Notes: a model not told the origin generated them from the sequence alone. A stretch of 51,468 nucleotides of DNA from a bacterium (GCA_030646565.1 JAUSLA010000015.1:1-51468), one strand, 5' to 3'. Counted from the first letter of the stretch, positions 24,968-34,787 are shown. Numbers and translations are program-made.

Positions 24968-26581
24968 ATGCTTCGTCAAGAAATCATAAAATTAATAGAA
25001 AAGGCAATAAAAGAGCTTCGAAAAGAAAAAAAGTTATCTAAATTTGACATTGGCAAAATACAAGTTGAATGTCCGGAAAACGGGATTAACGGCGATTACG
25101 CCGCAAATATAGCGATGGCGATTGCGAAAATTGAGAAAAATAACCCGATGGGAACAGCGGAGAATATCAAATCCCAAATCTTAAATCTCAAATCCGGGCT
25201 TTTTGAAAAAATCGAAATAGCGAAGCCCGGCTTTATAAATTTTTTTGTTTCCAAAGAATATTTGCAAAATCAAATTGGAGTAATTCTAAAGCAAAAGGAA
25301 TCCTTCGGCAAGCTTAGGATTGGCCGCGGCCAAAAAGTTAATATAGAATTTATTTCAGCTAATCCTACGGGTCCCCTGACGGTTGGAAACGCCCGGGGCG
25401 GGCCCTTTGGAGATGTTTTAGGAAATGTTTTGAAAAAAGCCGGATTTAAAGTAAAAAAGACATATTACGTTAATGATTATGGAATGCAAATTTTAACGCT
25501 CGGCCATTCCGTTTTAAAAGATGAAAAAGCCCAATATAAAGGAGATTATATTGATTATTTAAATAAAAAAATAAAAGAGAAAGATCCCTATCAAGCGGGC
25601 AAGGAAGCGGCAGAAATGATTATTAAGAGAATGATTAAAAAAACAACCGATAAAATGGGCATTAGATTCAATGAATGGATTTGGGAAAGCGAGTTTCATA
25701 AGTCGGGAGCCGTAGACAAAGTTTTAGAATTTTTGAAGAGCAAAAATTTAATTTATAAAAAAGAAGGAGCCTTGTGGTTTAAATCATCAAAATTCGGAGA
25801 CTCCAGAGACAGGGTGGTGAGAAAACAAGACGGCTTGAAAACTTATTTGGCCGGGGATATCGCTTTCCATCAATATAAATTTGAAAAATTTGACAAGGCC
25901 ATCAATGTCTGGGGTTCAGATCATTCGGGCGATGTAGCCGGATTGCAGGCGGTTGCTGCCGCTCTCGGCCATAAAGGAAAGCTTGATATTATTCTTTTGC
26001 AGTTTGTCACTTTGTCTGAAGGAAAAGAAAAGCTGAAAATGTCAAAAAGATTAGGAGTTTATGTAGCGATGGACACATTGCTTAAGGAGGTGGGTTCTGA
26101 TATAGTTAGATTTATTTTTCTCCAAAAATCAGCAGGCTCTCACTTAAATTTTGATTTGTCTTTGGCAAAAGAGCAATCGCAAAAAAATCCCGTATATTAT
26201 ATCCAATACGCTTTCGCCAGAATATGCAGTATTCTCAAAAAATATGAAACGGAAAAAAACGGAGAAGCAATAACAGTGTCTTTAATTATACAATCTTCTC
26301 TTTGTAAATTTATTATTCATCCTACGGAACTGGAGCTTATCAAGCAGCTTTTAAGATTTCCAGAAATTATTGAAGATACAGCCAACGATTATCAGGTTCA
26401 AAGGTTGCCGCAATATGCTTTGGATTTAGCATCCGCCTTCCATCGATTTTACCGGGACTGCAAGGTTGTCTCCGAGGGAGAGGATTTAACCCAAGCTCGT
26501 TTATTGTTGGTTTTCTGTGTTAAAATTGTTCTAAAAAACACTTTAGATTTAATGGGCATATCTGCGCCGGAAAAAATGTAA
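24968..26581 (+). CDS. argS: Arginine--tRNA ligase
   Basis: The protein has SANPTGPLTVGNARGG (the HIGH-equivalent region), MSKR (the KMSK-like motif) and the C-terminal anticodon-binding domain ending APEKM. Confidence 0.9.
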   Translation: MLRQEIIKLIEKAIKELRKEKKLSKFDIGKIQVECPENGINGDYAANIAMAIAKIEKNNPMGTAENIKSQILNLKSGLFEKIEIAKPGFINFFVSKEYLQNQIGVILKQKESFGKLRIGRGQKVNIEFISANPTGPLTVGNARGGPFGDVLGNVLKKAGFKVKKTYYVNDYGMQILTLGHSVLKDEKAQYKGDYIDYLNKKIKEKDPYQAGKEAAEMIIKRMIKKTTDKMGIRFNEWIWESEFHKSGAVDKVLEFLKSKNLIYKKEGALWFKSSKFGDSRDRVVRKQDGLKTYLAGDIAFHQYKFEKFDKAINVWGSDHSGDVAGLQAVAAALGHKGKLDIILLQFVTLSEGKEKLKMSKRLGVYVAMDTLLKEVGSDIVRFIFLQKSAGSHLNFDLSLAKEQSQKNPVYYIQYAFARICSILKKYETEKNGEAITVSLIIQSSLCKFIIHPTELELIKQLLRFPEIIEDTANDYQVQRLPQYALDLASAFHRFYRDCKVVSEGEDLTQARLLLVFCVKIVLKNTLDLMGISAPEKM

Positions 26582-26587
26582 AAATAT

Positions 26588-27190
26588 ATGCTAAAGTTAA
26601 AAAATCGATATTTTCTTTTGCGCCACGGCCAGTCCTTTGTAAATTTAAAAGGGCTTGTTTCTTGCTGGCCGGAAAAGATTTATTCTCCCTTAACCAAAAG
26701 AGGAGTAGAACAGGTTAAAATAACCGCAAAAAAACTGAAAAATAAGAAGATTGATTTAATCTTTTCTTCAGATATGCTAAGAACGAAACAAACCGCTCAA
26801 ATCGCCGCAAAAGCAGTGGGCTTAAAAATAAAATTTGATAAAAGATTAAGAGATATTTATATGGGAGTTTTTAACGAAAAGCCTATAAAAGAAGCAGGAA
26901 AATTCTGGGCAATTGAAGGGAAAAAGCTTTCTGCTCTGGAATATTATAAAAGGAGGTTTATAATTAATCCCCCCAAGGGAGAAAACTACATTGACGTGGA
27001 AAGGAGAATGTTGAGTTTTATTAAGGATGTGGAAAAAAAATATCAAGGAAAAAATATCTTGCTTGTTGGCCATAAGCGTCCCTTTAGCCTGCTCGAGAAA
27101 ATTATTTTAAATTTGGGCGTTAAAAAGTTTGTTGAGGAAATAATTCAGGAAAAAGAGATGAAAAACGGAGAGTTGCGCGAGATTCGGTAG
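26588..27190 (+). CDS. Histidine phosphatase (phosphoglycerate mutase) family protein
   Basis: The protein has YFLLRHGQS and a later LLVGHKRP motif. Confidence 0.75.
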   Translation: MLKLKNRYFLLRHGQSFVNLKGLVSCWPEKIYSPLTKRGVEQVKITAKKLKNKKIDLIFSSDMLRTKQTAQIAAKAVGLKIKFDKRLRDIYMGVFNEKPIKEAGKFWAIEGKKLSALEYYKRRFIINPPKGENYIDVERRMLSFIKDVEKKYQGKNILLVGHKRPFSLLEKIILNLGVKKFVEEIIQEKEMKNGELREIR

Positions 27191-27246
27191 GCGATGAGGA
27201 CTGCGTCCTCATCTTCAATCTTCGCTTTCGTTATGCGAAAGCTTGA
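27189..27246 (-). repeat. Family A element filling the spacer upstream of ileS
   Basis: The sequence is AGGCGATGAGGACTGCGTCCTCATCTTCAATCTTCGCTTTCGTTATGCGAAAGCTTGA. Confidence 0.8.
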
Positions 27247-27249
27247 TTT

Positions 27250-30200
27250 ATGGATTTAGATTTCCCGAAAATAGAAACAAAAATATTAAAATTCTGGCAA
27301 GAAAAAAAGATTTTCGAGAAGCTTCGCAAAAAAAATCAAGGCCAAAAACGCTGGTCATTTTTAGATGGGCCGATAACGGCAAACAATCCAATGGGCGTCC
27401 ATCACGCTTGGGGGAGAACATATAAAGATTTATTCCAAAGGTATAAGGCAATGCAAGGTTATGATCAAAGGTTTCAAAACGGTTTTGATTGCCAGGGCCT
27501 TTGGGTTGAGGTGGAAGTAGAAAAAGAGCTTGGTTTTAAAACAAAAAAAGATATTGAAAAATACGGCATAGCCGAATTTATTGAAAAATGCAAAGAAAGA
27601 GTGAGAAAATACTCAAAAATTCAAACTGCGCAATCTCTTCGGCTTGGCCAGTGGATGGATTGGGAAAATTCTTATTATACGATGTCTGACGAAAACAACT
27701 ATGCTATATGGCAGTTTTTAAAAAAATGTTGGCAGGGAGGCCAGGTTCGCAAGGGTCGAGACGCTATTCCTTGGTGCCCTAGATGCGAAACCGCGATTTC
27801 CCAGCACGAGATTTTAACAGAAGATTATAAAGAGGTGACGCACGAATCTATTTATCTTGAATTTCCAATCGCGGGCAGGCAAAATGAATTTTTACTCGTT
27901 TGGACAACAACTCCTTGGACTATTCCAGCCAACATCGCCGTGGCGGTGGATGAGAAATTGGATTATTCATTAGTTGAAGGCAATTCAGGCGATTTTTTCT
28001 GGCTCGCCAAAGATTTGATAAGGAATGTTTTTAAAGTCGAAGAACTACGTTCTTCTTCATCTTCGTTTTCGCCATGCGAAAACTCGATAAAAAAATATAA
28101 AAAAATTATAAAAACTGTAAAAGGTAAAGAGCTTATTGGTTTAAAATACCGGGGACCGTTTGATAATTTAGACGCAGTGCGGAAAGTTGCTGATGAGAAC
28201 CAAGACAAATTCCATTTAATTATCGCAACGGATGAGCGTATAATGCCAATATCAATTGATGAGGGTACGGGTTTGGTGCATATCGCAGTAAGCGCCGGCG
28301 AGGAAGATTTTAAACTGGGTCAAAAATATGACTTGCCGATAATTCCCGTTATTGCCGATAATGCTGATTATCTTCCCGGGTTTGGTGATTTTTCCGGGAA
28401 AAACGCTAAAAATAATCCCCGTTTGATCCTTGATTATCTGATGGAAAAGGAAAAAACAGGCGAAGATTGGGTTTTTAAAATAGCTCCCTACGTTCATCGT
28501 TATCCTGTTTGTTGGCGATGCAAAACAGAACTTGTTTGGAAGGTTGCCGATGAGTGGTATATTTCTATGGATAAATTGAGGGGTCAATTGGCTAAGGCCG
28601 CCAAAAAAATTAAATGGATTCCATCTTTTGGATTAGACAGAGAGCTTGATTGGCTGAAAAATATGCATGATTGGCTAATTTCTAAAAAGCGTTATTGGGG
28701 GCTGGCTTTACCGATTTTTGAGTGTAAAAAATGCAATAATTTTGAAGTTATTGGAAGTAAAGAAGAGTTGGAAGCGAAGGCGGTTTCCGGATGGGAGCAA
28801 TTTAAAAATCATTCTCCTCACAGACCATGGATAGATGAAGTAAAAATCAAGTGTTCAAAATGCGGCGCAATCGTTTCTCGTATTCCAGACGTCGGCAATC
28901 CCTGGCTTGACGCCGGGATTGTGCCATTTTCTACGATGGGATATTTTTCCGATAAAAGATATTGGCAAAAATGGTTTCCAGCTGATTTTATTTGCGAATC
29001 ATTTCCCGGCCAGTTTAAGAATTGGTTTTATTCTCTGATTGTAATGAGCGCGGTTTTAGAGGGCGTGGGACCCGCAAAAACAATTTTTGGCCATGCTATG
29101 GTGCGCGATGAAAAGGGAGAGGAAATGCATAAATCCAAAGGAAACGCTATATGGTTTGACGAAGCTGTGGAGAAAATTGGAGCAGAGCCTATGCGTTGGA
29201 TGTATGCAAAATCAAATCCGGCGCATAACTTGCTTTTTGGGTATAAATCTGCAGAAGAAATTAAAAGAAAATTATTAACCCTCTGGAATAATTTTATCTT
29301 TTTTAAAACTTATTCAAAAACCGAGTCCCTCCTATATCGGGACGAGGTGAAGATGAGTGCGAAGAAAAGTTTTTCTTCTTTCGTCTCGTCTTCGACTCGA
29401 CGGCCGAAGTCCTCATCGCCTTCAAGTAATATTTTAGACAAATGGATTGTGTCTTGCTTGAACAACTTGATTGAAAAAGTTACCAAAAATTTGAACGAAT
29501 ATAACGCCGCAGTAGCTGTTGCGATAGAAGATTTTTTTATAGAAGATCTCTCCTTGTGGTATATCCGGAGGTCTCGTAAAAGATTCCAAAAACCGAAAAA
29601 TGATAAAGAAAAAAAAGAGGCGGTTCAAACTCTTCGCTACGTTCTTTTAAATCTAATAAAGCTGATTGCCCCTATGATGCCATTTTTATCCGAAGAAATT
29701 TATCAAAATTTAAAAACAAAGAAATTACCAGAATCCGTCCATCTTTGCGATTGGCCAGAAGCTGATAAAAAATTCATTAATGAAAAATTAGAAAAGCAGA
29801 TGCAGGAAGTTAGAGAAATTGCCGCAAAAGCTTTGGCCGAAAGAGCCAAGACAGGAATAAAAGTCAGACAGCCGCTCGCTTCTCTTAAGATAAAATCTTT
29901 GCCTACCGGCAGACGGGTCAAAAATGATAGAGAATTACTGGAGTTGATAAAAGAAGAAGTTAATATTAAAGAGATAATCTTTGATTCTAAGATAAAAAAC
30001 GAAGTGGAGCTGGATACAAAAATTACTCCAGAACTAAAAGAAGAAGGGATTATTAGGGAGATTATCCGCAACATCCAGGACTTAAGAAAAAAGGCAGGTT
30101 TAAAGCCGGAAAACAAGATTTTAGTCGTTTATTCGGCAGGTCCTAAACTAAACAAGATTTTGGAAAGGAATAAAAAATTTCTTTTGGCGGAAGCTAAAGT

Positions 30201-30306
30201 AAAGGACTTAATTTGCGAAGATAAATTCAAAAAATCGCTTGATGCGAAAAAAGATATTATGGTCGACAAGGAAAAATTATTATTAGCGATAAAAAAAGTT
30301 GGATAA
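27250..30306 (+). CDS. ileS: Isoleucine--tRNA ligase
   Basis: The protein has PITANNPMGVHHAWG (HIGH region), KSKGN (KMSKS) and editing-domain TTTPWT. It carries two in-frame family A insertions. Confidence 0.95.
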   Translation: MDLDFPKIETKILKFWQEKKIFEKLRKKNQGQKRWSFLDGPITANNPMGVHHAWGRTYKDLFQRYKAMQGYDQRFQNGFDCQGLWVEVEVEKELGFKTKKDIEKYGIAEFIEKCKERVRKYSKIQTAQSLRLGQWMDWENSYYTMSDENNYAIWQFLKKCWQGGQVRKGRDAIPWCPRCETAISQHEILTEDYKEVTHESIYLEFPIAGRQNEFLLVWTTTPWTIPANIAVAVDEKLDYSLVEGNSGDFFWLAKDLIRNVFKVEELRSSSSSFSPCENSIKKYKKIIKTVKGKELIGLKYRGPFDNLDAVRKVADENQDKFHLIIATDERIMPISIDEGTGLVHIAVSAGEEDFKLGQKYDLPIIPVIADNADYLPGFGDFSGKNAKNNPRLILDYLMEKEKTGEDWVFKIAPYVHRYPVCWRCKTELVWKVADEWYISMDKLRGQLAKAAKKIKWIPSFGLDRELDWLKNMHDWLISKKRYWGLALPIFECKKCNNFEVIGSKEELEAKAVSGWEQFKNHSPHRPWIDEVKIKCSKCGAIVSRIPDVGNPWLDAGIVPFSTMGYFSDKRYWQKWFPADFICESFPGQFKNWFYSLIVMSAVLEGVGPAKTIFGHAMVRDEKGEEMHKSKGNAIWFDEAVEKIGAEPMRWMYAKSNPAHNLLFGYKSAEEIKRKLLTLWNNFIFFKTYSKTESLLYRDEVKMSAKKSFSSFVSSSTRRPKSSSPSSNILDKWIVSCLNNLIEKVTKNLNEYNAAVAVAIEDFFIEDLSLWYIRRSRKRFQKPKNDKEKKEAVQTLRYVLLNLIKLIAPMMPFLSEEIYQNLKTKKLPESVHLCDWPEADKKFINEKLEKQMQEVREIAAKALAERAKTGIKVRQPLASLKIKSLPTGRRVKNDRELLELIKEEVNIKEIIFDSKIKNEVELDTKITPELKEEGIIREIIRNIQDLRKKAGLKPENKILVVYSAGPKLNKILERNKKFLLAEAKVKDLICEDKFKKSLDAKKDIMVDKEKLLLAIKKVG
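28036..28086 (-). repeat. Family A element in frame in ileS (17 codons)
   Basis: GTCGAAGAACTACGTTCTTCTTCATCTTCGTTTTCGCCATGCGAAAACTCG is translated as VEELRSSSSSFSPCENS. Confidence 0.8.
29320..29421 (+). repeat. Nested family A elements in frame in ileS (34 codons)
   Basis: ACCGAGTCCCTCCTATATCGGGACGAGGTGAAGATGAG[TGCGAAGAAAAGTTTTTCTTCTTTCGTCTCGTCTTCGACTCGACGGCCGAA]GTCCTCATCGCCT is translated as TESLLYRDEVKMSAKKSFSSFVSSSTRRPKSSSP. Confidence 0.85.
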
Positions 30307-30308
30307 AT

Positions 30309-30680
30309 ATGTCTATAAATGATAAAAAACAAGTATTAGGTCAAGGAGGCGCAAAACCGGCCAAGCCAGATACTTCAATATTTGGAGGAAAGCCCTATTT
30401 AACAATGAATGAAGCTATATGGAAACTGAAACAGGCGTCTCCTGCTATTCCCAATGCTGGAGGCGCTACGTACTCACGGGATCAAATAAGGAAAATGGCA
30501 GAAGATGTGAAAAATGATCTGCGAAGATATGGCGCTGAAAGTTATATGGACCCCAAAAAAAATCTTCCTAAATATTTTAAAGATTTGAAAAGGAAAGAAG
30601 TTTCGGCTCCGACTACAGCTGAAAAAATAGAAGCAAGAAAAAAGATGGATTTTTTGAGCAAACACTTATTGGGCAAGTAA
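30309..30680 (+). CDS. Hypothetical protein
   Basis: This 123-aa ORF is tightly packed between ileS and recO. I recognised no family. Confidence 0.5.
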   Translation: MSINDKKQVLGQGGAKPAKPDTSIFGGKPYLTMNEAIWKLKQASPAIPNAGGATYSRDQIRKMAEDVKNDLRRYGAESYMDPKKNLPKYFKDLKRKEVSAPTTAEKIEARKKMDFLSKHLLGK

Positions 30681-30681
30681 A

Positions 30682-31404
30682 ATGTTTACTCATTACAGGA
30701 CTCAAGGATTTATCCTGGGAAAAACAGACAGGGGGGAATTTGACCGTGTCGTCACAATTTATACAAAGGATTTCGGCAAGATGGATTTTTTGGCCAAGGC
30801 CGAAAGAAAAATCAATTCGAAATTAAGAGGAGGGCTGGGATTGTTTTATTTATCAGACATTGAATTCATTCAGGGCAAGGCCTACAAAATCTTAACAGAT
30901 GTAATTTTAATCAATAATTTTGAAAATTTAAGAAAAGATTTTAAGATATCGGCCTTGTCTTTCAAAATTGCCAAAACCTTAGATTCTCTTATTAGGGGCC
31001 AGGAGTCCGACTTAAGAATTTGGGAGTTTTTGAATGAAATTTTTGAAAAATTAAGCAATCGGCCATTGGCTATTAGCCACTGGCAATTATTATATTATTA
31101 TTTTCTCTGGAACCTTTTTTCAATATTGGGCTATCGGCCGGAATTATATTTTTGTTCTGTCTGCCGAAAAAAATTGACGTTCGGGAAAATTTATTTTAGT
31201 TTCAAAACAGGAGGATTGGTTTGCAGCTCTTGTCAAGGATCATTAGCCAAAGAGGTTAATCCGAATGCTGTAAAAATAATCAGAATTATCATTAAAGGGG
31301 ATTGGCCCACTTTAAAAAAGCTGAAATTTGGCGCAGAAGATTTAAAATCGCTCGAAATATTTTCCAAGCATTATCTTCTGGAGGTTTTGAGTGAAACGGA
31401 ATAA
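30682..31404 (+). CDS. recO: DNA repair protein RecO
   Basis: The N-terminal OB-fold pattern is TQGFILGKTDRGEFDRVVTIYTKDFGK, and the zinc motif is CSVC...CSSC. Confidence 0.8.
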   Translation: MFTHYRTQGFILGKTDRGEFDRVVTIYTKDFGKMDFLAKAERKINSKLRGGLGLFYLSDIEFIQGKAYKILTDVILINNFENLRKDFKISALSFKIAKTLDSLIRGQESDLRIWEFLNEIFEKLSNRPLAISHWQLLYYYFLWNLFSILGYRPELYFCSVCRKKLTFGKIYFSFKTGGLVCSSCQGSLAKEVNPNAVKIIRIIIKGDWPTLKKLKFGAEDLKSLEIFSKHYLLEVLSETE

Positions 31405-31434
31405 ACTGATAGTATTTATTAAAGAACGTTTTTT

Positions 31435-33102
31435 ATGTTCAATAAACTTAACCTTTCCATTGTTATTTTGGCCTTAGCCACCGGTATTTTGGGTTTTTAT
31501 TATTATCAGAAAAATATCTACTCAAAGGAAACGCTTAAATTGGAAATTTTGAGCCAGGATTCGGTCGACCTCCTTGAAGAAGTTGAATATATTGTTAAAT
31601 ATAAAAACAACGGAAACGCCCGGTTGGAAGAGCCGGAACTTACTTTTGAATTTCCGGAATACTCCATTCCAGCAGGAGAGAATTCTTTAAGGGTCGTTAA
31701 AAAAACCGAAGATCTGGGAGGGCCTATTTATCCCGGCCAGGAAAAAATATTCAGGTTCAAAGCAAGACTTTTAGGCAAGGAGAATGAGGCAAAAATTGCC
31801 AAGGCCACTTTGTCTTACCAACCCAAAAATTTGAAAGCCCGTTATGAATCCGCTACCAGTTTTATTACCGTAATTAAAAAAGTGCCCCTTACTTTTGAAT
31901 TTGACCTGCCCTCCCAAAGCGAATCAGGAAAAGATATCAGATTCAAATTAAATTATTTTTCCAATACAGATTATCCTATTCAAAACTTAAGAATTACAGT
32001 TGAATATCCTTCAGATTTTGAGTTTATTGAATCAACGCCAAAGTCCCTGGAAAAAATAGAGTGGGATTTAGGTTCTTTGAACAAAGCAGAAGGCGGCCGG
32101 ATTGAAATTGCGGGAAAATTAAGGGGCAATATTAACGACGAGAAAATCTTTCAAGCGAAAATAGGAATCTGGCAGGGCGGAGAATTTATTTTATTGAAAA
32201 CAGCGCAAAAGGGAGTGGAGATAGCCAAGCCCGACATTAATATTACCCAGCAAATCAACGGCAGCCCCGATTATACGGCTTCGCCCGGAGATCTTCTGCA
32301 TTATGAAATTTCTTTCAAGAACTTTGGAGAAGTGCCATTGACCAATCTTTTTTTGATAAACAGATTAGACGGGGCAGCATTTGATTTTCAGACGCTCAAA
32401 TCCAATTCCGGAGATTTTGAACCCGGAGACAATTCAGTTGTCTTTGACTGGAAACGGGTTCAAGAGCTTCAATTTTTAAATGTCGGAGGAGAAGGAAAGG
32501 TTGAATTTTGGATAAAATTGAAAGAGGACTTCGGAGTTCTTAACAATACCGCAATTCAGAATAAAGTTTATCTTTCCCAGGCAAAAGAAGAGTTTATTAA
32601 TAAGGTCAATACAAAACTGGTCATAGACCAGAAGGGATATTTCCAGGATGAAATTTTTGGTAATTCAGGCCCTATACCCCCTAAAGTCGGAGAGAGCACC
32701 ACTTATACAATAACCTGGCAAGCGAAAAATTATTATAATAATACAAAAAACATTAAAGTAAAAGCTGTTTTACCGAGAGAAGTGAAGCTTACCGGCAAAA
32801 TTTTTCCGGAAGGAGAAGCTGGTAAATTCGCTTTTGATTCCCTTTCGCGTGAACTAGTTTGGGAGGTTGGCGAAATGTCTGCGGGCCAGGGAGTCCAAAA
32901 CTCTCCGCTAAATATCTCTTTTCAGGTTGTGTTTATCCCGACTGCTTCGCAAATAGGAATGACAGCAGAACTCATCGGCCAAGCCAGTATTACGGGAGAG
33001 GACCAATGGACAAAGGACTCTATTTTAGCTCTTGATTCCGCTATCACCACCGATTTGCCGGACGACGACACTGTTTCCGAACAGCAAGGCATCGTCCAGT
33101 AG
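31435..33102 (+). CDS. Membrane-anchored surface protein with repeated beta-sandwich (DUF11/CARDB-like) regions
   Basis: An N-terminal transmembrane helix is followed by repeated segments of the kind Y.I.Y.N.G...L.N. I made no specific family call. Confidence 0.5.
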   Translation: MFNKLNLSIVILALATGILGFYYYQKNIYSKETLKLEILSQDSVDLLEEVEYIVKYKNNGNARLEEPELTFEFPEYSIPAGENSLRVVKKTEDLGGPIYPGQEKIFRFKARLLGKENEAKIAKATLSYQPKNLKARYESATSFITVIKKVPLTFEFDLPSQSESGKDIRFKLNYFSNTDYPIQNLRITVEYPSDFEFIESTPKSLEKIEWDLGSLNKAEGGRIEIAGKLRGNINDEKIFQAKIGIWQGGEFILLKTAQKGVEIAKPDINITQQINGSPDYTASPGDLLHYEISFKNFGEVPLTNLFLINRLDGAAFDFQTLKSNSGDFEPGDNSVVFDWKRVQELQFLNVGGEGKVEFWIKLKEDFGVLNNTAIQNKVYLSQAKEEFINKVNTKLVIDQKGYFQDEIFGNSGPIPPKVGESTTYTITWQAKNYYNNTKNIKVKAVLPREVKLTGKIFPEGEAGKFAFDSLSRELVWEVGEMSAGQGVQNSPLNISFQVVFIPTASQIGMTAELIGQASITGEDQWTKDSILALDSAITTDLPDDDTVSEQQGIVQ

Positions 33103-33164
33103 CGAGTCCCATTTATGGGACGAAGCTGAAGATGAGTCCCGCAGAGCGGGACTCATCGCCTACC
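33102..33164 (+). repeat. Family A element with a hairpin 1-like sequence nested in hairpin 2
   Basis: The sequence is GCGAGTCCCATTTATGGGACGAAGCTGAAGATGAGTCCCGCAGAGCGGGACTCATCGCCTACC. Confidence 0.85.
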
Positions 33165-33221
33165 AAATCCCGCTTTTTATTTCTTAATAAATTAGATAGA
33201 ATAAATCCAGTGGAAAATTTA

Positions 33222-34541
33222 ATGCAAAAAATTGTATCTTTAGCTAAAAGACGGGGATTTATTTTTCAATCTTCGGAAATTTACGGCGGCATAGAAGCTT
33301 TTTGGGACTACGGGCCCTTGGGTTCCCTTTTAAAAAATAACATAAAACAGGAGTGGTTAAAAACTTTTGTTCAGAAAAGAGAAGACATAGTTTTGATTGA
33401 TACGCCAATTATTATGCATCCTAAAACTTGGGAAGCGTCAGGCCATTTAAAAAACTTTACAGATCCTCTGGTTGAATGCAAAAATTGCCATGGCAGATTC
33501 CGGGAAGACCATTTGATAAAAAAGGAATGCCCGAATTGCGGCAAAAAAGACTTCACCCCTTCAAAACAATTCAATCTAATGTTCAAAACATTTTTGGGGC
33601 CGGTTGAAGACGACTCCCACATCGCTTATTTAAGGCCGGAAACAGCCCAATCAATGTTTACGGATTTTAATCTGGCGCAAGAATCAATGCGGCTGAAACT
33701 GCCTTTCGGAATAGCGCAAATCGGCCGTTCTTTCAGAAATGAAATTACTACCGGTAATTTTATTTTTCGCTCAAGAGAATTTGAACAGGCTGAAATTGAA
33801 TATTTTGTGAAACCCGGCGAAGACGAAAAATTTTTTGAAGAATGGGTTGATAATTGGGAAAATTTTATTCTTAATCTCGGCATTAAAAAAGAAAATCTAA
33901 GAAGGTATGAACATAAAAAAGAGGCCTTATCTCATTATTCCAAAAGAACAATTGATATTGAGTATAAATATCCTTTTGGCTGGGCGGAGCTTACCGGTAT
34001 CGCGAATAGAACTAATTATGACCTTTCCCAGCATTCTAAGTTCTCGGGAAAAGAATTAGTTTATTTTGACGAAGAAACCAAAGAAAAATATACTCCTTTT
34101 GTGATAGAACCGAGTTTGGGAATAGACAGGCTTTTATTGGCATTGCTATGCGATGCTTATCAGGAAATTGAAGGCGGAAGAACCGAAACTACAAAATCTG
34201 CCAAAGAAACAGAGATTGTTTTAAAATTAAATAAAAAAATAGCGCCGGTCAAAGTTGCGGTTTTACCCCTGGTAAAGAACAAGCCGGAATTGGTCAAAAA
34301 AGCAAAAGAGGTTTATCAATTATTAAAACCCCATTTTATCTGCCAATATGACGAAGTCGGCTCAATCGGAAGAAGGTATCGTAGGATAGACGAGATAGGC
34401 TGCCCTTTTGCGATAACTGTTGATTTTGAAACACTGGAAAAAGGAGATGTTACTCTGCGCAACCGCGACACGATGAAGCAGGAAAGGGTAAAAGTAGAAG
34501 AATTAGTCAAAGCGATAAAAGAAAAATTGGAAGAAGAGTAA
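33222..34541 (+). CDS. glyQS: Glycine--tRNA ligase (class II, alpha2 type)
   Basis: The protein starts MQKIVSLAKRRGFIFQSSEIYGG and has FRNEITTGNFIFRSREFEQAEIEYF and GIDRLL. I placed the start at ATG 33222, downstream of the repeat. Confidence 0.9.
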   Translation: MQKIVSLAKRRGFIFQSSEIYGGIEAFWDYGPLGSLLKNNIKQEWLKTFVQKREDIVLIDTPIIMHPKTWEASGHLKNFTDPLVECKNCHGRFREDHLIKKECPNCGKKDFTPSKQFNLMFKTFLGPVEDDSHIAYLRPETAQSMFTDFNLAQESMRLKLPFGIAQIGRSFRNEITTGNFIFRSREFEQAEIEYFVKPGEDEKFFEEWVDNWENFILNLGIKKENLRRYEHKKEALSHYSKRTIDIEYKYPFGWAELTGIANRTNYDLSQHSKFSGKELVYFDEETKEKYTPFVIEPSLGIDRLLLALLCDAYQEIEGGRTETTKSAKETEIVLKLNKKIAPVKVAVLPLVKNKPELVKKAKEVYQLLKPHFICQYDEVGSIGRRYRRIDEIGCPFAITVDFETLEKGDVTLRNRDTMKQERVKVEELVKAIKEKLEEE

Positions 34542-34586
34542 AAAGAAGGTTTGACGTAATTGAAAAATAAATTATAATAGAATTAT

Positions 34587-34787
34587 ATGGTAAAAGTAGT
34601 TGAGAGAAATTCAATAAAAATAGGCAAAGAACCGGTAGTGATTTTGACATTGAAAAAATGGGAAGAAATTGAAGAAACCATAGAGGATTTAGAAGATGCC
34701 GCGAGATTTAATATTGCTTTTGAGGAAAGCCGAGGTAAGAACTCCATTAGTTTAGAAAAGATAAAGAAAAAATATAAATTAAAATAA
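34587..34787 (+). CDS. Type II antitoxin (small, acidic C-terminus)
   Basis: This 66-aa ORF ends 1 nt before the RelE-like toxin gene begins, the classic antitoxin-toxin arrangement. Confidence 0.6.
   Translation: MVKVVERNSIKIGKEPVVILTLKKWEEIEETIEDLEDAARFNIAFEESRGKNSISLEKIKKKYKLK

Noticed and set aside
25165-25200. AT-rich periodic tracts such as AAATCCCAAATCTTAAATCTCAAATCC in argS (KSQILNLKS) could be a third in-frame repeat family. Similar strings occur in leuS (about 45905-45950) and metG (40578-40630).
   Set aside because: They are short and low-complexity in an AT-rich genome, with no shared boundaries or secondary structure. I cannot distinguish them from ordinary Lys/Asn/Ile-rich coding sequence without a genome-wide count.
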